Below the pieces are notes generated by a model. The model searched no databases and was not told the DNA's origin. It saw nothing but the letters and a program-made list of their open reading frames with translations. A program made the translations under genes and the position numbers. A stretch of 64,000 bases of DNA. Origin: Planctomycetota bacterium (lineage in GTDB: Bacteria > Planctomycetota > UBA8108 > SXIK01). Shown one piece after another: positions 38,074 through 47,847 of this stretch; position 1 is the stretch's first letter; the number at the start of each line of letters is the position of its first letter. The DNA lies in the NCBI GenBank assembly GCA_965223845.1, contig CBDCXR010000004.1, positions 960,001 to 1,024,000 on the forward strand, given 5' to 3'.

Positions 38074-39039
38074 ATGACGCACTCGAGATTGAGTTCTCAC
38101 GGGACGACGACAACTCGTCTCCCCGGGCGATCGCGGCCGCTCCGATGGCGCGCCGCCGCGACGGCGCTCGCCCTCTCGGCGGTCCCCGGATGGGGACATC
38201 TCTACGCTGGCGAGATTCCGCGCGGCAGCTTCGTCGCGGCCGGATTCCTTGCGGTCGTGTGGCCTCTGGCGGTCCTCTGCTGCGTCGTCTGGTCCTTCTC
38301 CGCTGCCGCGCCGCTCTGGATCGGGGGAGTTCTATTCGGACTCTCGCTTTTGAGCGGACTCCCGCCGGCGGGACGGCTGCTGCTTTCTCGGACGCCTCGG
38401 TGCGATCTCTCGGGTGAGCCGGTACCCCATTCCGGGGCGAGCGCGATCGTTTTTGCCGCGCACGGGTTTCTTTGCCTCTCCCTCCTCGTGATCGAGACGG
38501 TTTGGCTGCTCGCGGGAAGCTTGGCGGTCGCTCCCGTTCGCACCGACGCCCTCCTCCCCGAGCTCGAGAGCGGAACGGAGGTTCGCACCCTCGTTTCGAC
38601 CTATATCCAGCCCGTCCACGGAGACGTCGTCCTCTTGGCCGAGCGCGTGTGCGACCGCTGCGCGACCGGCGCTCCGGAGCGAATCCTCGCCCGCGTGCTC
38701 GCGAAACCCGGCGACACGGTCGAACGATCGGGCTCGACGCTCATCGTCAACGGAATCGAGGTCGACGACGATCCCGGCGCGCGGCGACTCGAGCTCGAGC
38801 AAGCGGGTCGCCGCGATCGGCGTTATCGGGCGATCCGCCACCTCTTCGCCGCGACGGTCGACCTGAGCGAAGGCGAATGGACGGGAGTGCCGCGTCGCGG
38901 CGATGCGTGGCGGTGCATTCTTCCGAAAAACGTCTACCTCGTCGTCCCGGACATCGAGCTCGAGCGAACGGGCGAGACGGAAGAGCTCTGGCCCGTCCGC
39001 GGTGAGGAGGTCCTCGGACGCGCGCTCTTTCGACGTTGA
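38074..39039 (+). CDS. Signal peptidase I (S26)-like membrane protein with apparently degenerate active site
   Basis: N-terminal LSAVPGWGHLYAG plus TM helices. Box B-like TDALLPELESG, HGDVV, box D-like LARVLAKPGDTV, LIVNG and a C-terminal VLGRA. Confidence 0.6.
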   Translation: MTHSRLSSHGTTTTRLPGRSRPLRWRAAATALALSAVPGWGHLYAGEIPRGSFVAAGFLAVVWPLAVLCCVVWSFSAAAPLWIGGVLFGLSLLSGLPPAGRLLLSRTPRCDLSGEPVPHSGASAIVFAAHGFLCLSLLVIETVWLLAGSLAVAPVRTDALLPELESGTEVRTLVSTYIQPVHGDVVLLAERVCDRCATGAPERILARVLAKPGDTVERSGSTLIVNGIEVDDDPGARRLELEQAGRRDRRYRAIRHLFAATVDLSEGEWTGVPRRGDAWRCILPKNVYLVVPDIELERTGETEELWPVRGEEVLGRALFRR

Positions 39040-39405
39040 GGGCTCGCCTCGGTTCGACGACCCCTTTTTACACCGACCGAACACGCGCGCGTCGAAGCCC
39101 CCGTAGATCGACGCCGAAGCCGCGATTCGAGCGCACGCGAATCGCGCCGTTCACACCGCGGTTCGCGCGCCGCCGAGTGCGGATGAACGGTTTCCGCAAT
39201 CGGTCCGGTTGTCCGACTTCGGACTCGGCCGAGAAACCGCTCGGTTGGACGAATCAAGGGGCGTTTTGTAGTCTTCAATCGAACGGAAACGGGGGTGCGC
39301 GCTGAGACCTGAGCTCGCGAACTTTTATCGCGGGCGCGAGGCGTTTCGGCGCACGAGGAACGGTAGAAACGCGATCGACAGAGCTCGCCGGAGGGAAAGA
39401 ATCCC

Positions 39406-39687
39406 GTGGAGAAGAGAGAACCCACCCGCCCCCGCTATCTCGACGAGCTCGACGAGTACGAGGACAGCTTCGACGAATCCATCGACGCCGACGCGACCTG
39501 CTCGGAGAACGAGCACGCGATTCGGTTTCTCCTCAACTCGATCAACGCGACGATCTTCTCGAGCGGCGAAGATTACGACGGCGCCCTCGATGAATTCTTC
39601 CCGCAGATTCAGGCCCTCGGACATCTCGTTGGAGCGAGAAGCCTCGACGAGGTGAGTTCCTTCCTCCGCGATCGTCGCCACTGGTAG
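39406..39687 (+). CDS. Small acidic hypothetical protein
   Basis: 93 aa with GC3-biased codons and GGAGGG upstream of the GTG. No recognisable motif. Confidence 0.55.
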   Translation: MEKREPTRPRYLDELDEYEDSFDESIDADATCSENEHAIRFLLNSINATIFSSGEDYDGALDEFFPQIQALGHLVGARSLDEVSSFLRDRRHW

Positions 39688-39721
39688 CGGCCGGGCGTTC
39701 CGGCCCCGACGCCGTGGGTGA

Positions 39722-40171
39722 TCAGGAGCGCTGGAGGCCGTCGATGATGTCGCGGAGCGTGCGGAAGATGACGCTCCGATCGTCCGGATTCCAGGAGAGG
39801 AGTCCGAGCACGAGCTCGCGGTGACGGCTCTCCGGCAGCTGGGCGGCTCGGCGCAGCACGTCGGCGAGCGCGAGCAATCGAAGCTCGACTTCACTGGCTC
39901 GAGGCTCATCCGAGGCGCGAATCGGGGCGAGCAGCTCGCGCACCGGGCAGACGCAGACCCCTCGGAGCTCCTGACAGACATCCCCGATCCGGTCGTTCTG
40001 ATGGCGCCGGAACCCGTCGGTCAGACCCGATTGGACGCGCCGGAACGTCGGCTCGTCCACGTGGGGATACGACGCGTACTTGCCGACGACGGTCGCGACG
40101 CAAAAGGCCACGCCGTTTGCGATCTTCCAGGCTTCCTGCTCGAGGCGGGGGGAGTCCTCGGTCGGTTGCAT
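39722..40171 (-). CDS. Hypothetical protein
   Basis: 149-aa ORF with natural composition filling the gap before cbiM. Confidence 0.5.
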   Translation of the reverse strand: MQPTEDSPRLEQEAWKIANGVAFCVATVVGKYASYPHVDEPTFRRVQSGLTDGFRRHQNDRIGDVCQELRGVCVCPVRELLAPIRASDEPRASEVELRLLALADVLRRAAQLPESRHRELVLGLLSWNPDDRSVIFRTLRDIIDGLQRS

Positions 40172-40522
40172 CCAAGACGTTCCCTGGTGAAGAGTGACCG
40201 CTCCATCTTAGTCCCCTCCCGGGGGGTTGTCTCGTTCGGCGGAAGCCGAGACTCGGGCACCGACTCGACGGGACAGGGGCGTCCTCGCGCCGGCGACACA
40301 GCCGCGGCTCGGTGCCTGTTCTGGCGCTGATCGGGTGTTGGTCGGATCCCGCGCGCGTTTTGCCCGCGGCATTCTCGCCGGCCCCTTCGGATCGAAGCTT
40401 GGGTTAGAATCCGGCGGGCGGTGCCCGACCGGAACGTGCGCGACGAGCCCGGGGTGAGCGGCCCCGGCAGGGGCGGACCGCCGCTCTTCGGCGTCGCCGG
40501 AGAACACAGCGAGAGAGATCGA

Positions 40523-41227
40523 ATGCACATCAGCGACGGAGTGTTACCGCTCGAGGTCGTCGTGGGCGGATTCGCGCTCAGCGGAGTCGGCCTAGCCGCG
40601 TCGCTGCGTCGATTCGACGACTCTCGCGCACCGGAGCTCGGTGTTCTCGCAGGGCTCTTCTTCGTCGCGTCGTCGTTCAGCGTTCCGGCGGTCCCGGGAT
40701 CCGTGCACTTTCTCCTCAACGGCCTTCTCGGAGTGGTGCTTGGCCTCGCCGCGATTCCGTGTATCTTCGTCGGTCTGTTCTTTCAGGCGGCGTTTCTCGG
40801 CCACGGCGGCCTCACGACGCTCGGTGTCAACACCGTAGTGCTGGGATCCGGTGCGCTCGCGGCGCACGCGGCGTTTCTCGCGATCTCGGGCCGTAAACGA
40901 GGAGCTCGTGGAGTGGCGGCGGCATTCGTCGGCGGGGCGAGCGCGGTGATCGTCTCGGCGCTCGTGTTCGTTCTCGTCTTGTCGCTCGCGGGACGAAGCG
41001 AAACGGTCGCGGCGTCGGCGCTGGTTCTGCCGCATCTCGTGCTCGCCGTGCTCGAGGGTGTACTCGTCATGAGCGCGAGCTCGCTTATCCTGCGTGTACG
41101 GCCCGAGCTGTTTTCGCGAGAGCGGAAACCGGCGGGACGGAGTCCAAGGGATGGTGCGATCGAACGAGGCCCGGCGAATGAGCCGGATCCGGAGCGGCCG
41201 GCGCGCGCCGACGCACGCGTCGAGTGA
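40523..41227 (+). CDS. cbiM: ECF-type Co/Ni transporter substrate-binding component CbiM/NikM
   Basis: N-terminal MHISDG, SVHFLLNGL and GHGGLTTLGVN motifs. Confidence 0.9.
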   Translation: MHISDGVLPLEVVVGGFALSGVGLAASLRRFDDSRAPELGVLAGLFFVASSFSVPAVPGSVHFLLNGLLGVVLGLAAIPCIFVGLFFQAAFLGHGGLTTLGVNTVVLGSGALAAHAAFLAISGRKRGARGVAAAFVGGASAVIVSALVFVLVLSLAGRSETVAASALVLPHLVLAVLEGVLVMSASSLILRVRPELFSRERKPAGRSPRDGAIERGPANEPDPERPARADARVE

Positions 41228-41307
41228 GCTCGTCGTGAGCCGGCGATTCGAATCGAGGCCGATCGAGTCGGAGAGGCGGGATGGATCGATCGATGAAAGG
41301 AATCGGG

Positions 41308-41844
41308 ATGCAATCGTCACTCATGCGGTACGGCATAGGTTTTTTCGTCGCGATCGGGATGGCATGGTCCGTCTCACCGCGAGGGGCATACGCCCATGGA
41401 CTCGACGTCGACGTCTACGCGGATGATGCGAGCTTGATCGTCCAAGTCCGCTTCGAGGACGGCGGACCCGTCGCCGGAGCGAGCGTTCGGATCGATACGA
41501 AGGCAGCGGGAGGGGAGTCGCAGACGCTCGTCGAGCTGCGAACTCCGCCGAGCGGAGACATCGCGGTGCCACTCGCGGACCTCGGCGATGCGAGCGCCGG
41601 AGATATCGTGATCGAAGTCAGCGATGCGGAAGGGCACCACGAGGACGTGGCGATCACTCGGGCGCAGCTCGCGGAGAGAGGCGAAGCCGGGAAGCGGCGA
41701 CATCTCGGCGGCTCGGATCACGGCGCGCTCTCGGCGTGGCCGACGTGGACACGACAGGTGATCGGTCTCGCCGCGATCGCGCTCGTCGTTCTCATCGTTC
41801 TCGCCACGCGTCGTTCGAGGGCGCCCGCCGCGCATGACGATTGA
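41308..41844 (+). CDS. CbiL/NikL-like accessory component
   Basis: Signal ...AYA|HGL, F.DG.PV, GHH and a C-terminal TM helix, located between cbiM and cbiQ. Confidence 0.6.
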   Translation: MQSSLMRYGIGFFVAIGMAWSVSPRGAYAHGLDVDVYADDASLIVQVRFEDGGPVAGASVRIDTKAAGGESQTLVELRTPPSGDIAVPLADLGDASAGDIVIEVSDAEGHHEDVAITRAQLAERGEAGKRRHLGGSDHGALSAWPTWTRQVIGLAAIALVVLIVLATRRSRAPAAHDD

Positions 41845-42598
41845 TCTCGATCGATTCGCTCACCTCGACTCCGTGATCCACCGCTGGGATCCACGCTGGA
41901 AGCTCGGCACACTGTTTCTTCTCATGGTGTCGCTCGGAGTCGGGGGTGTCGATGCGTCGCTCTCGGCGGCCGAGCAGCTCCCTCCGCTTCTCGCGGGGGC
42001 CGCACTCTCCGGCGGTGTGCTCTGGTGCTCGCGGATCCCGCTCGGCGCCGCGCTCTTTCGACTCCGCTACGCGGCCGTGTTCCTCGGGTGCATCGTCCTC
42101 GCCTACTCGTTTCGCTGGTCCGCCGACGGCTTCGAGTGGTCGCCCCAAGGAGCGAAGATTGGAAGCTTGATCGCGCTCCGGGCGGGGGCGGTCGTCCTTC
42201 TCGTTCTTCCGGCCTTCGCGACGGCTCGGTTCACGGCGTCGCTTCACGCGCTGCGGGCGCTTCGCGTTCCGGCCCCGCTCGTTCAGGTGTTCCTCTTTAC
42301 CTATCGCTACATTTTCGTCTACAGCGATGAAGTCCGGCGAGTGCGAACGGCGATGCGTGCGCGCGGCTTCGAGCCCCGCTTCTCGCGGGCGACGGCGACG
42401 GTGTTCGGCCGTCTGATCGGGCTTCTCGTGCTCGGTGCGATCGAGAGGACGCAAGCGATCCGTACGGCCATGATCAGCCGTGGCTTCACTGGGACGATTC
42501 GGAGCTCGACGCGCTTTCGAACGCGCGCGGGCGATATCGCCCTCAGCGGTGCGCTCATTTCTTGCGGCGTGATGCTCGCGGTGTGGAGGTCGAGTTGA
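41834..42598 (+). CDS. cbiQ: ECF transporter T component CbiQ/NikQ
   Basis: SVIHRWDPRWKL, FTYRYI, AMRARGF and AMISRGF motifs. Confidence 0.9.
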   Translation: MTIDLDRFAHLDSVIHRWDPRWKLGTLFLLMVSLGVGGVDASLSAAEQLPPLLAGAALSGGVLWCSRIPLGAALFRLRYAAVFLGCIVLAYSFRWSADGFEWSPQGAKIGSLIALRAGAVVLLVLPAFATARFTASLHALRALRVPAPLVQVFLFTYRYIFVYSDEVRRVRTAMRARGFEPRFSRATATVFGRLIGLLVLGAIERTQAIRTAMISRGFTGTIRSSTRFRTRAGDIALSGALISCGVMLAVWRSS

Positions 42599-43419
42599 GC
42601 GCCGACGTCGTTCGTGCCGACGGCCTTTCGTTTCGGTACCCAGACGGTCGCGAGGCGATACGCGACGTCGACATCGTCGTTGCGCCCGGCGAGGCGGTCG
42701 GGCTGATCGGACCGAACGGGGCGGGGAAGACTACACTCATCCATCTCCTCGCCGGTCTCCTCGAGCCCACCCGGGGCTCCGTCTCGGTCTTCGGGAAAAC
42801 CTACAGTGCCGCCGACGCGCGTCGGCTTCGACAGCACGTCGGAGTGGTGTTCCAGGAAACGGACGCTCAGCTCTTCAGTGCGTCCGTTTTCGACGACGTC
42901 GCCTTCGGACCGCTTCAGTTCGAGATCGACGGCGGGCCGATCGAAGCGATGGTGCGCGACGCGCTCGCGCGTGTCGGCTTGAGTGGCTTCGAGCACCGAG
43001 TTTCCCAGCACCTCTCGAGCGGCGAACGCCGCCGCGTCGCCCTCGCGACCGTTCTCTCCTATCACCCGTCGCTCCTCATCCTCGATGAGCCGACGAGCGA
43101 TCTCGACGCGCGCGGGCAGCGCGAGCTCATCGACATCCTGCGCTCGACTTCGCAAGCGCGCATCGTCGCGTCGCACGATCTCGAGTTCATTCTGCGGACT
43201 TGCGATCGCGTCGACGTGGTCTCGGGGGGACGCATCGTCGCGTCTGGGCCGGCACCGGACATCGTCACCGATGCGGAGCTGCTTCGCTCGCACGGACTCG
43301 CTTGTCCGCTCGGCTGGACGCAGCTAGGTCCGGGCGGCATTCGAGCTTTGCTCGATTCCTCCTCGGACGGGATACACACTGCGCCCACGAAGGATGACGA
43401 AGACGAAGCGGGGGATTGA
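42595..43419 (+). CDS. cbiO: ECF transporter ATPase CbiO/NikO
   Basis: Walker A GPNGAGKTT, LSSGE, LDEPT and SHD motifs. TTG start overlaps the cbiQ stop. Confidence 0.9.
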   Translation: MSADVVRADGLSFRYPDGREAIRDVDIVVAPGEAVGLIGPNGAGKTTLIHLLAGLLEPTRGSVSVFGKTYSAADARRLRQHVGVVFQETDAQLFSASVFDDVAFGPLQFEIDGGPIEAMVRDALARVGLSGFEHRVSQHLSSGERRRVALATVLSYHPSLLILDEPTSDLDARGQRELIDILRSTSQARIVASHDLEFILRTCDRVDVVSGGRIVASGPAPDIVTDAELLRSHGLACPLGWTQLGPGGIRALLDSSSDGIHTAPTKDDEDEAGD

Positions 43420-43446
43420 GAGGTAGAGGAGCCTCCGAAGAGGTGC

Positions 43447-44271
43447 TCAATCGAGCGACTCGAACGCACCGAGATCCGTCACGACGCGGCTGAGCTCGCG
43501 AGTCACGCTCGAGAGTCCCTCGCGCGCGTTCTCGACGAACCTGCGCGGGCCGACGAGGGCTAATTCGTGGAAGCTCCGCGGGAGAATCGCATCCGCCGCG
43601 ATTCGCCCGAGGAGCACGGCGATGTCACGGCTTCTGGCCGCCAGTGCGCCCCGGAGGCGCTGATACTGGTCGAAGTGACCCGCGCTCCGCGGAGACTTGT
43701 TGAGAAAGTAGACGACGACCGGCGCCGCGCGTGCGGCAGCTAAGATCGACGGCAGCCACTCGCCCCAGCGATCGAAAAGATCGTAGGGATCGACGACGAC
43801 CAGATCGGCGGAGTGGGTCGCGATCGCCACCGCCGCCGAGGTCGGTTCGATGACGCGAGCTTCCGGCACCGCGAGCCAACGATCTCGCTTGTCGGGATCG
43901 GAGTCGAACACGGCGAGCGAGACCGCGGTGCCGCGAGAACGAGCGTGCTCGAGGACGCAGCGGGCCGTCGATGCGAGACAGCCGCTAGCGAGAAACGACT
44001 CCTGAACGACTCGCAGCGGCTGCGGAATCTCGTGCTCGAAGCGCTCGCGCGCCCGATCGCTCAGCGGGTACGACGGAGCCCCGGCGCAAGGATCGAGATA
44101 ACGGAACGCGACCTCGCCGCGAGCTCGCCTCGCGTCGTCCACGAGATCGAAGATGCGCAGCACCCACGCGGTCTTGAGTAGATCGCCCCAGTTCCCGGGC
44201 TCGTAGCGAAGCCCGCTCTCCCCGCTCGCGCGATCGCGCCACTCCCAGTCGGCTCGGTCTCCTCGACTCAT
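43447..44271 (-). CDS. RlmJ-like (adenine-N6 methyltransferase fold) protein
   Basis: YEPGNWGDLLK resembles RlmJ HAGNxADxxKH, YLDPCAGAPSY resembles YxDTHAGxGxY, and VVVDPY resembles LIDPPY. Confidence 0.55.
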   Translation of the reverse strand: MSRGDRADWEWRDRASGESGLRYEPGNWGDLLKTAWVLRIFDLVDDARRARGEVAFRYLDPCAGAPSYPLSDRARERFEHEIPQPLRVVQESFLASGCLASTARCVLEHARSRGTAVSLAVFDSDPDKRDRWLAVPEARVIEPTSAAVAIATHSADLVVVDPYDLFDRWGEWLPSILAAARAAPVVVYFLNKSPRSAGHFDQYQRLRGALAARSRDIAVLLGRIAADAILPRSFHELALVGPRRFVENAREGLSSVTRELSRVVTDLGAFESLD

Positions 44272-44421
44272 GGATCGGCGTTTCGGCGACAGGTGGATTC
44301 GGTCAGGGTGACGCCCCGACTCGACCGACTCGGGGCGGTTGGTTCGCGGGCGCAGATCGGCGAGAATCCCTCTTTGCGCCGGCGTTCGATCGGAACACCG
44401 CATTCTCTTCGGAGGGATCGC

Positions 44422-45762
44422 ATGAGTCGACGCCTTCAACGGGCGATGCTCGCATTTGTACTCGTGAGTGTACCGGTCGCGGGTCTGAGCGCGATTGGGC
44501 GGACCGCCGAGAGGCCGGACGGAGAGACGCGCTCGGCTGCCGGTGGTGGGGGCGAGTGGCGGGGCGCCGCGAAGCGAGTCGACATCACGCCGCCAACGGG
44601 ACTTCCACTCTGGGGGTACGGCGGGCGAAAGGACCTTCCGGCCGCCGCGACGCGCGAGTCGTTGACGGCGACGGCCGTCGTGCTCGAGTCGAACGGCGAA
44701 CGAATCGCGATCGTCGCCCTCGACCTCGGTCGATCTCCCGCACGGGCGACGGTCGATCACATTCGAGCGCAGGTCCGCGAGCGGGCGAAGGTCGACCAGA
44801 TCTTTCTCGTCGCGTCGCACACGCACCACGGCCCCTGCGTCGAGATCGAGACGTCGACTCCCACCGCGGAGTATGTCGCGGAGCTCAAGAAAACGCTCGT
44901 GGCCGTCATCGTCGATGCCGCAGGTGCGCTCGAGCCCGTTCGCATCCGAGTTGCACGCCGGGAAGTCGACTTCAATCGGAATCGACACACGAAGATCTCG
45001 CCGAAGCCCGTCGATCGGGAGCTCATCGTGTGCCAAATCGACGCTTTGAACGGCGGCTCGGTCGCGACTCTCGTCAATTTCGCCGCGCATCCGACGACGA
45101 TCCCCGCGCTGGAGCTCGAATGGTCACCCGACTACGTCGGTGCGCTGCGGCGGACGGTCGAGAGCGAGATCGGCGGACGCTGCGCGTTTCTTCAGGGGGC
45201 GTGCGGTGATCTGTCGACTCAGCGCCGTGGCAAGGACACGCGGGCTTACGGTGACGCCTTGGGCCGAGTCGCCGTCGCGCTCGTCGGTGAGGCTCGGTCG
45301 AGTTCACCATCGGTCGCCGCCGGTCTCGACCACCGCGCCGAGGAGTTCCAGTTCGGGCTTCGAGTCGATCTCTCCGATCCGATCGTCTACGCGAAGTACT
45401 GTCTCGCGTTCTTCCCCGCTCTCGTCGACGCGTATCGAGACGAATACACGGCTGGCATGAGACCGAACATCACGGTCGCTCTCCTCGGCGGCCGGGTGGG
45501 CATCGTCGGCGCATCGGGAGAGTTTTTCTCCGCCCACGCTCTCCGACTGCGCGAGCGAGCGCGTCTCGATCACGTCCTTTTTCTCGGCTATTGCAACGGG
45601 TACCACCAGTACTTTCCGACGATCGAAGCCGTGGCGGAAGGCGGTTATGGAGCCGATCGCGATGTCTCGCCCGCCGAAATCGGAGCCGGGGAGCGGATGA
45701 TGGATCGCGCGCTCTTTCATCTCTTCGATCTGCGCACGTCGATGGCCACTCGCGAACGATGA
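44422..45762 (+). CDS. Neutral/alkaline ceramidase N-terminal-domain family hydrolase (secreted)
   Basis: Signal peptide, VDITPP..LWGY, ASHTHHGP, NFAAHPT, FLQGACGD, GEFF and GYCNGY..YFP motifs. Confidence 0.8.
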   Translation: MSRRLQRAMLAFVLVSVPVAGLSAIGRTAERPDGETRSAAGGGGEWRGAAKRVDITPPTGLPLWGYGGRKDLPAAATRESLTATAVVLESNGERIAIVALDLGRSPARATVDHIRAQVRERAKVDQIFLVASHTHHGPCVEIETSTPTAEYVAELKKTLVAVIVDAAGALEPVRIRVARREVDFNRNRHTKISPKPVDRELIVCQIDALNGGSVATLVNFAAHPTTIPALELEWSPDYVGALRRTVESEIGGRCAFLQGACGDLSTQRRGKDTRAYGDALGRVAVALVGEARSSSPSVAAGLDHRAEEFQFGLRVDLSDPIVYAKYCLAFFPALVDAYRDEYTAGMRPNITVALLGGRVGIVGASGEFFSAHALRLRERARLDHVLFLGYCNGYHQYFPTIEAVAEGGYGADRDVSPAEIGAGERMMDRALFHLFDLRTSMATRER

Positions 45763-45865
45763 TTCGAGCCGAAGCGGGGCGCGGTGCCGAACGCGGGTAG
45801 TGAGTTTTCTTACGCGGGCGGTATCCTGTGTCGATTGTCATGTCAGTTCCACCGATTCCAGCGAC

Positions 45866-47059
45866 ATGAACCCCATCGACGCCCACGATCCGAAAGTCCA
45901 CGCGCTCGTCGGAATCGACGAACTCCACGCGTGCGAAGAACGAAACCTCGCCGGCTACGCGATGCACAGCCGGAATTCGCGCGGCCGGGTGCACCCCGAG
46001 GCGGACGCCCCGTTCCGCACCTGCTACCAGCGCGATCGGGATCGCATCATCCATTCGACGGCGTTTCGGCGGCTGGAGTACAAGACACAGGTATTCGTCA
46101 ACCACGAGGGCGATCTCTACCGTACACGACTCACTCACACCCTCGAGGTTGCGCAGATCGCCCGCTCGATCGCGCGCTCACTTCGCCTCAACGAGGACCT
46201 CGTCGAGGCCGTCGCGCTCGCGCACGATCTCGGGCACTCGCCGTTCGGGCACGCCGGAGAGGAAGCCTTGAGTGAGCTCATGGCGGACGACGGGGGCTTC
46301 AACCACAACGTGCAGAGTCTCCGCGTGGTCGATCGGCTCGAGAAGCGGTATCCCGAGTTCGACGGGCTCAATCTCACCTGGGAAGTCCGCGAATCGATCG
46401 TGAAGCACGGAGATCACGACTTCGGTGAAGTCGGAGACGCGTTCGAGCCCGACGATCGTCCGCTCCTCGAGGCGCAGCTCGCTGATATCGCCGATTCGCT
46501 CGCCTACGATAACCACGACATCGACGACGGTGTTCGCTCCGAGTTCATCACCGCGCGAGACCTCCGGGAGATCCCTCTCTGGTGCGAAGCGGAAGAGGCG
46601 GTGCAGAAGCGGTACGATCTCCCATCGGACTCCTCGCTCCTCGTCGCACGGACGGTCTCGCATCTCATCGACACTCAGATCCGCGATCTTCTCGAGTCGA
46701 CCCTCGCTCGCATCGAGGCGCGCGGAATCCGCACCGTGGAGGATGTACGGCGACAGACGAGCGACACGGTCGGATTCAGCGCCGAGATGACGGCGAAGAA
46801 ATGCGACATGCAGGATTTCTTGCGCGAGAGACTCTACCGCCACCATCGCGCGCTCAAGATGACCGAAAAGGCCAAGCGATTCATCGCGGAGATCTTCACG
46901 GAGTACCGGCGCAATCCGCGGCAGCTTCCGCCCTCGTTTCAGACTCGGATCGAGGCGGACGGCGCGGCGCGCGTGATCTGCGACTACGTCGCGGGGATGA
47001 CGGACCGGTACTGTCAGGAGGAGTACAAGCGCCTCTTCCACCCGTTCGAGCGAGTGTAG
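45866..47059 (+). CDS. dgt: Deoxyguanosinetriphosphate triphosphohydrolase (HD domain)
   Basis: RDRDRIIHS.AFRRL.YKTQV, RTRLTHTLEV, HDLGH.PFGH.GE and DYVAGMTD motifs. Confidence 0.93.
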   Translation: MNPIDAHDPKVHALVGIDELHACEERNLAGYAMHSRNSRGRVHPEADAPFRTCYQRDRDRIIHSTAFRRLEYKTQVFVNHEGDLYRTRLTHTLEVAQIARSIARSLRLNEDLVEAVALAHDLGHSPFGHAGEEALSELMADDGGFNHNVQSLRVVDRLEKRYPEFDGLNLTWEVRESIVKHGDHDFGEVGDAFEPDDRPLLEAQLADIADSLAYDNHDIDDGVRSEFITARDLREIPLWCEAEEAVQKRYDLPSDSSLLVARTVSHLIDTQIRDLLESTLARIEARGIRTVEDVRRQTSDTVGFSAEMTAKKCDMQDFLRERLYRHHRALKMTEKAKRFIAEIFTEYRRNPRQLPPSFQTRIEADGAARVICDYVAGMTDRYCQEEYKRLFHPFERV

Positions 47060-47124
47060 GTGAGCTCGAGGTTCGACGTGCGCCAGCGAATGCCTCACGG
47101 AGCGGCGGCTAGAAAGGACGATCG

Positions 47125-47847
47125 TTGAACCGGAGCTCATTCGGGGTCGTGATTGCAGCCGGGGGGGCGGGGCGGCGATTCGGACGGCTCAAGCAATTCC
47201 TCCCGCTCCTCGGACGACCGCTGCTCGAGTACTCGCTCGACGCTTTTGCCGGTTGCGATCAGGTCGGCGAGGTGATCGTCGTCTGTCCTTCGGCTCACCT
47301 CGAAGAAGGGCGCGAGCTCCTGGCTTCGTGGCGACGGGCGAAACGCGTGGCGAGCTCCTTTCGAAGCGACGCCGTCGCGGGCGGCGGGCGCCGGCAGGAC
47401 TCGGTGCTCGCCGGACTCTCGGCTCTGAGTGCGAGTTCGGTCTACGCCCTCGTTCACGACGCTGCACGACCGCTACTGCAAGCGAGCGATGTCGAGCGCC
47501 TCGCCGATGCCGTGCGGGAGCACGGTGCCGCCGTCCTCGGGACTCCGTCGGTCGACAGCGTGAAGCGGGTGTCCGGGGGAGTGATCGTCGACGAGCTCGA
47601 TCGCGAGACCGTTTGGACCGTGCAGACTCCTCAGGGTGCCGAGACCGCCGCGCTCATCGAAGCCTACGCGAGCGAGCCGGAGAGGGACTGGACAGACGAG
47701 ACGTCGGCCCTCCGCGCGCGCGGAGTCGTCGCGGCGCTCGTCGAGGGGCCGCGCGAGAACTTGAAGATCACATCGCCGGGCGACGAGCGCCTCGCCGAAA
47801 TGTTGCTCGCCGCGCGCGGCGAACCCGAACGCGGCCCGACGCGGTAG
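47125..47847 (+). CDS. ispD: 2-C-methyl-D-erythritol 4-phosphate cytidylyltransferase
   Basis: AGGAGRRF...KQF, RQDSV, VHDAARP, VQTPQ and NLKIT motifs. Confidence 0.93.
   Translation: MNRSSFGVVIAAGGAGRRFGRLKQFLPLLGRPLLEYSLDAFAGCDQVGEVIVVCPSAHLEEGRELLASWRRAKRVASSFRSDAVAGGGRRQDSVLAGLSALSASSVYALVHDAARPLLQASDVERLADAVREHGAAVLGTPSVDSVKRVSGGVIVDELDRETVWTVQTPQGAETAALIEAYASEPERDWTDETSALRARGVVAALVEGPRENLKITSPGDERLAEMLLAARGEPERGPTR

Noticed and set aside
40172-40522. Cobalamin riboswitch upstream of cbiM
   Set aside because: I could not find the conserved B12-box or core motifs by eye.
45866-47059. dGTPase as an anti-phage nucleotide-depletion system
   Set aside because: It has host-like GC and codon usage and sits in housekeeping context with ispD-ispF-cysS, consistent with ordinary Dgt.
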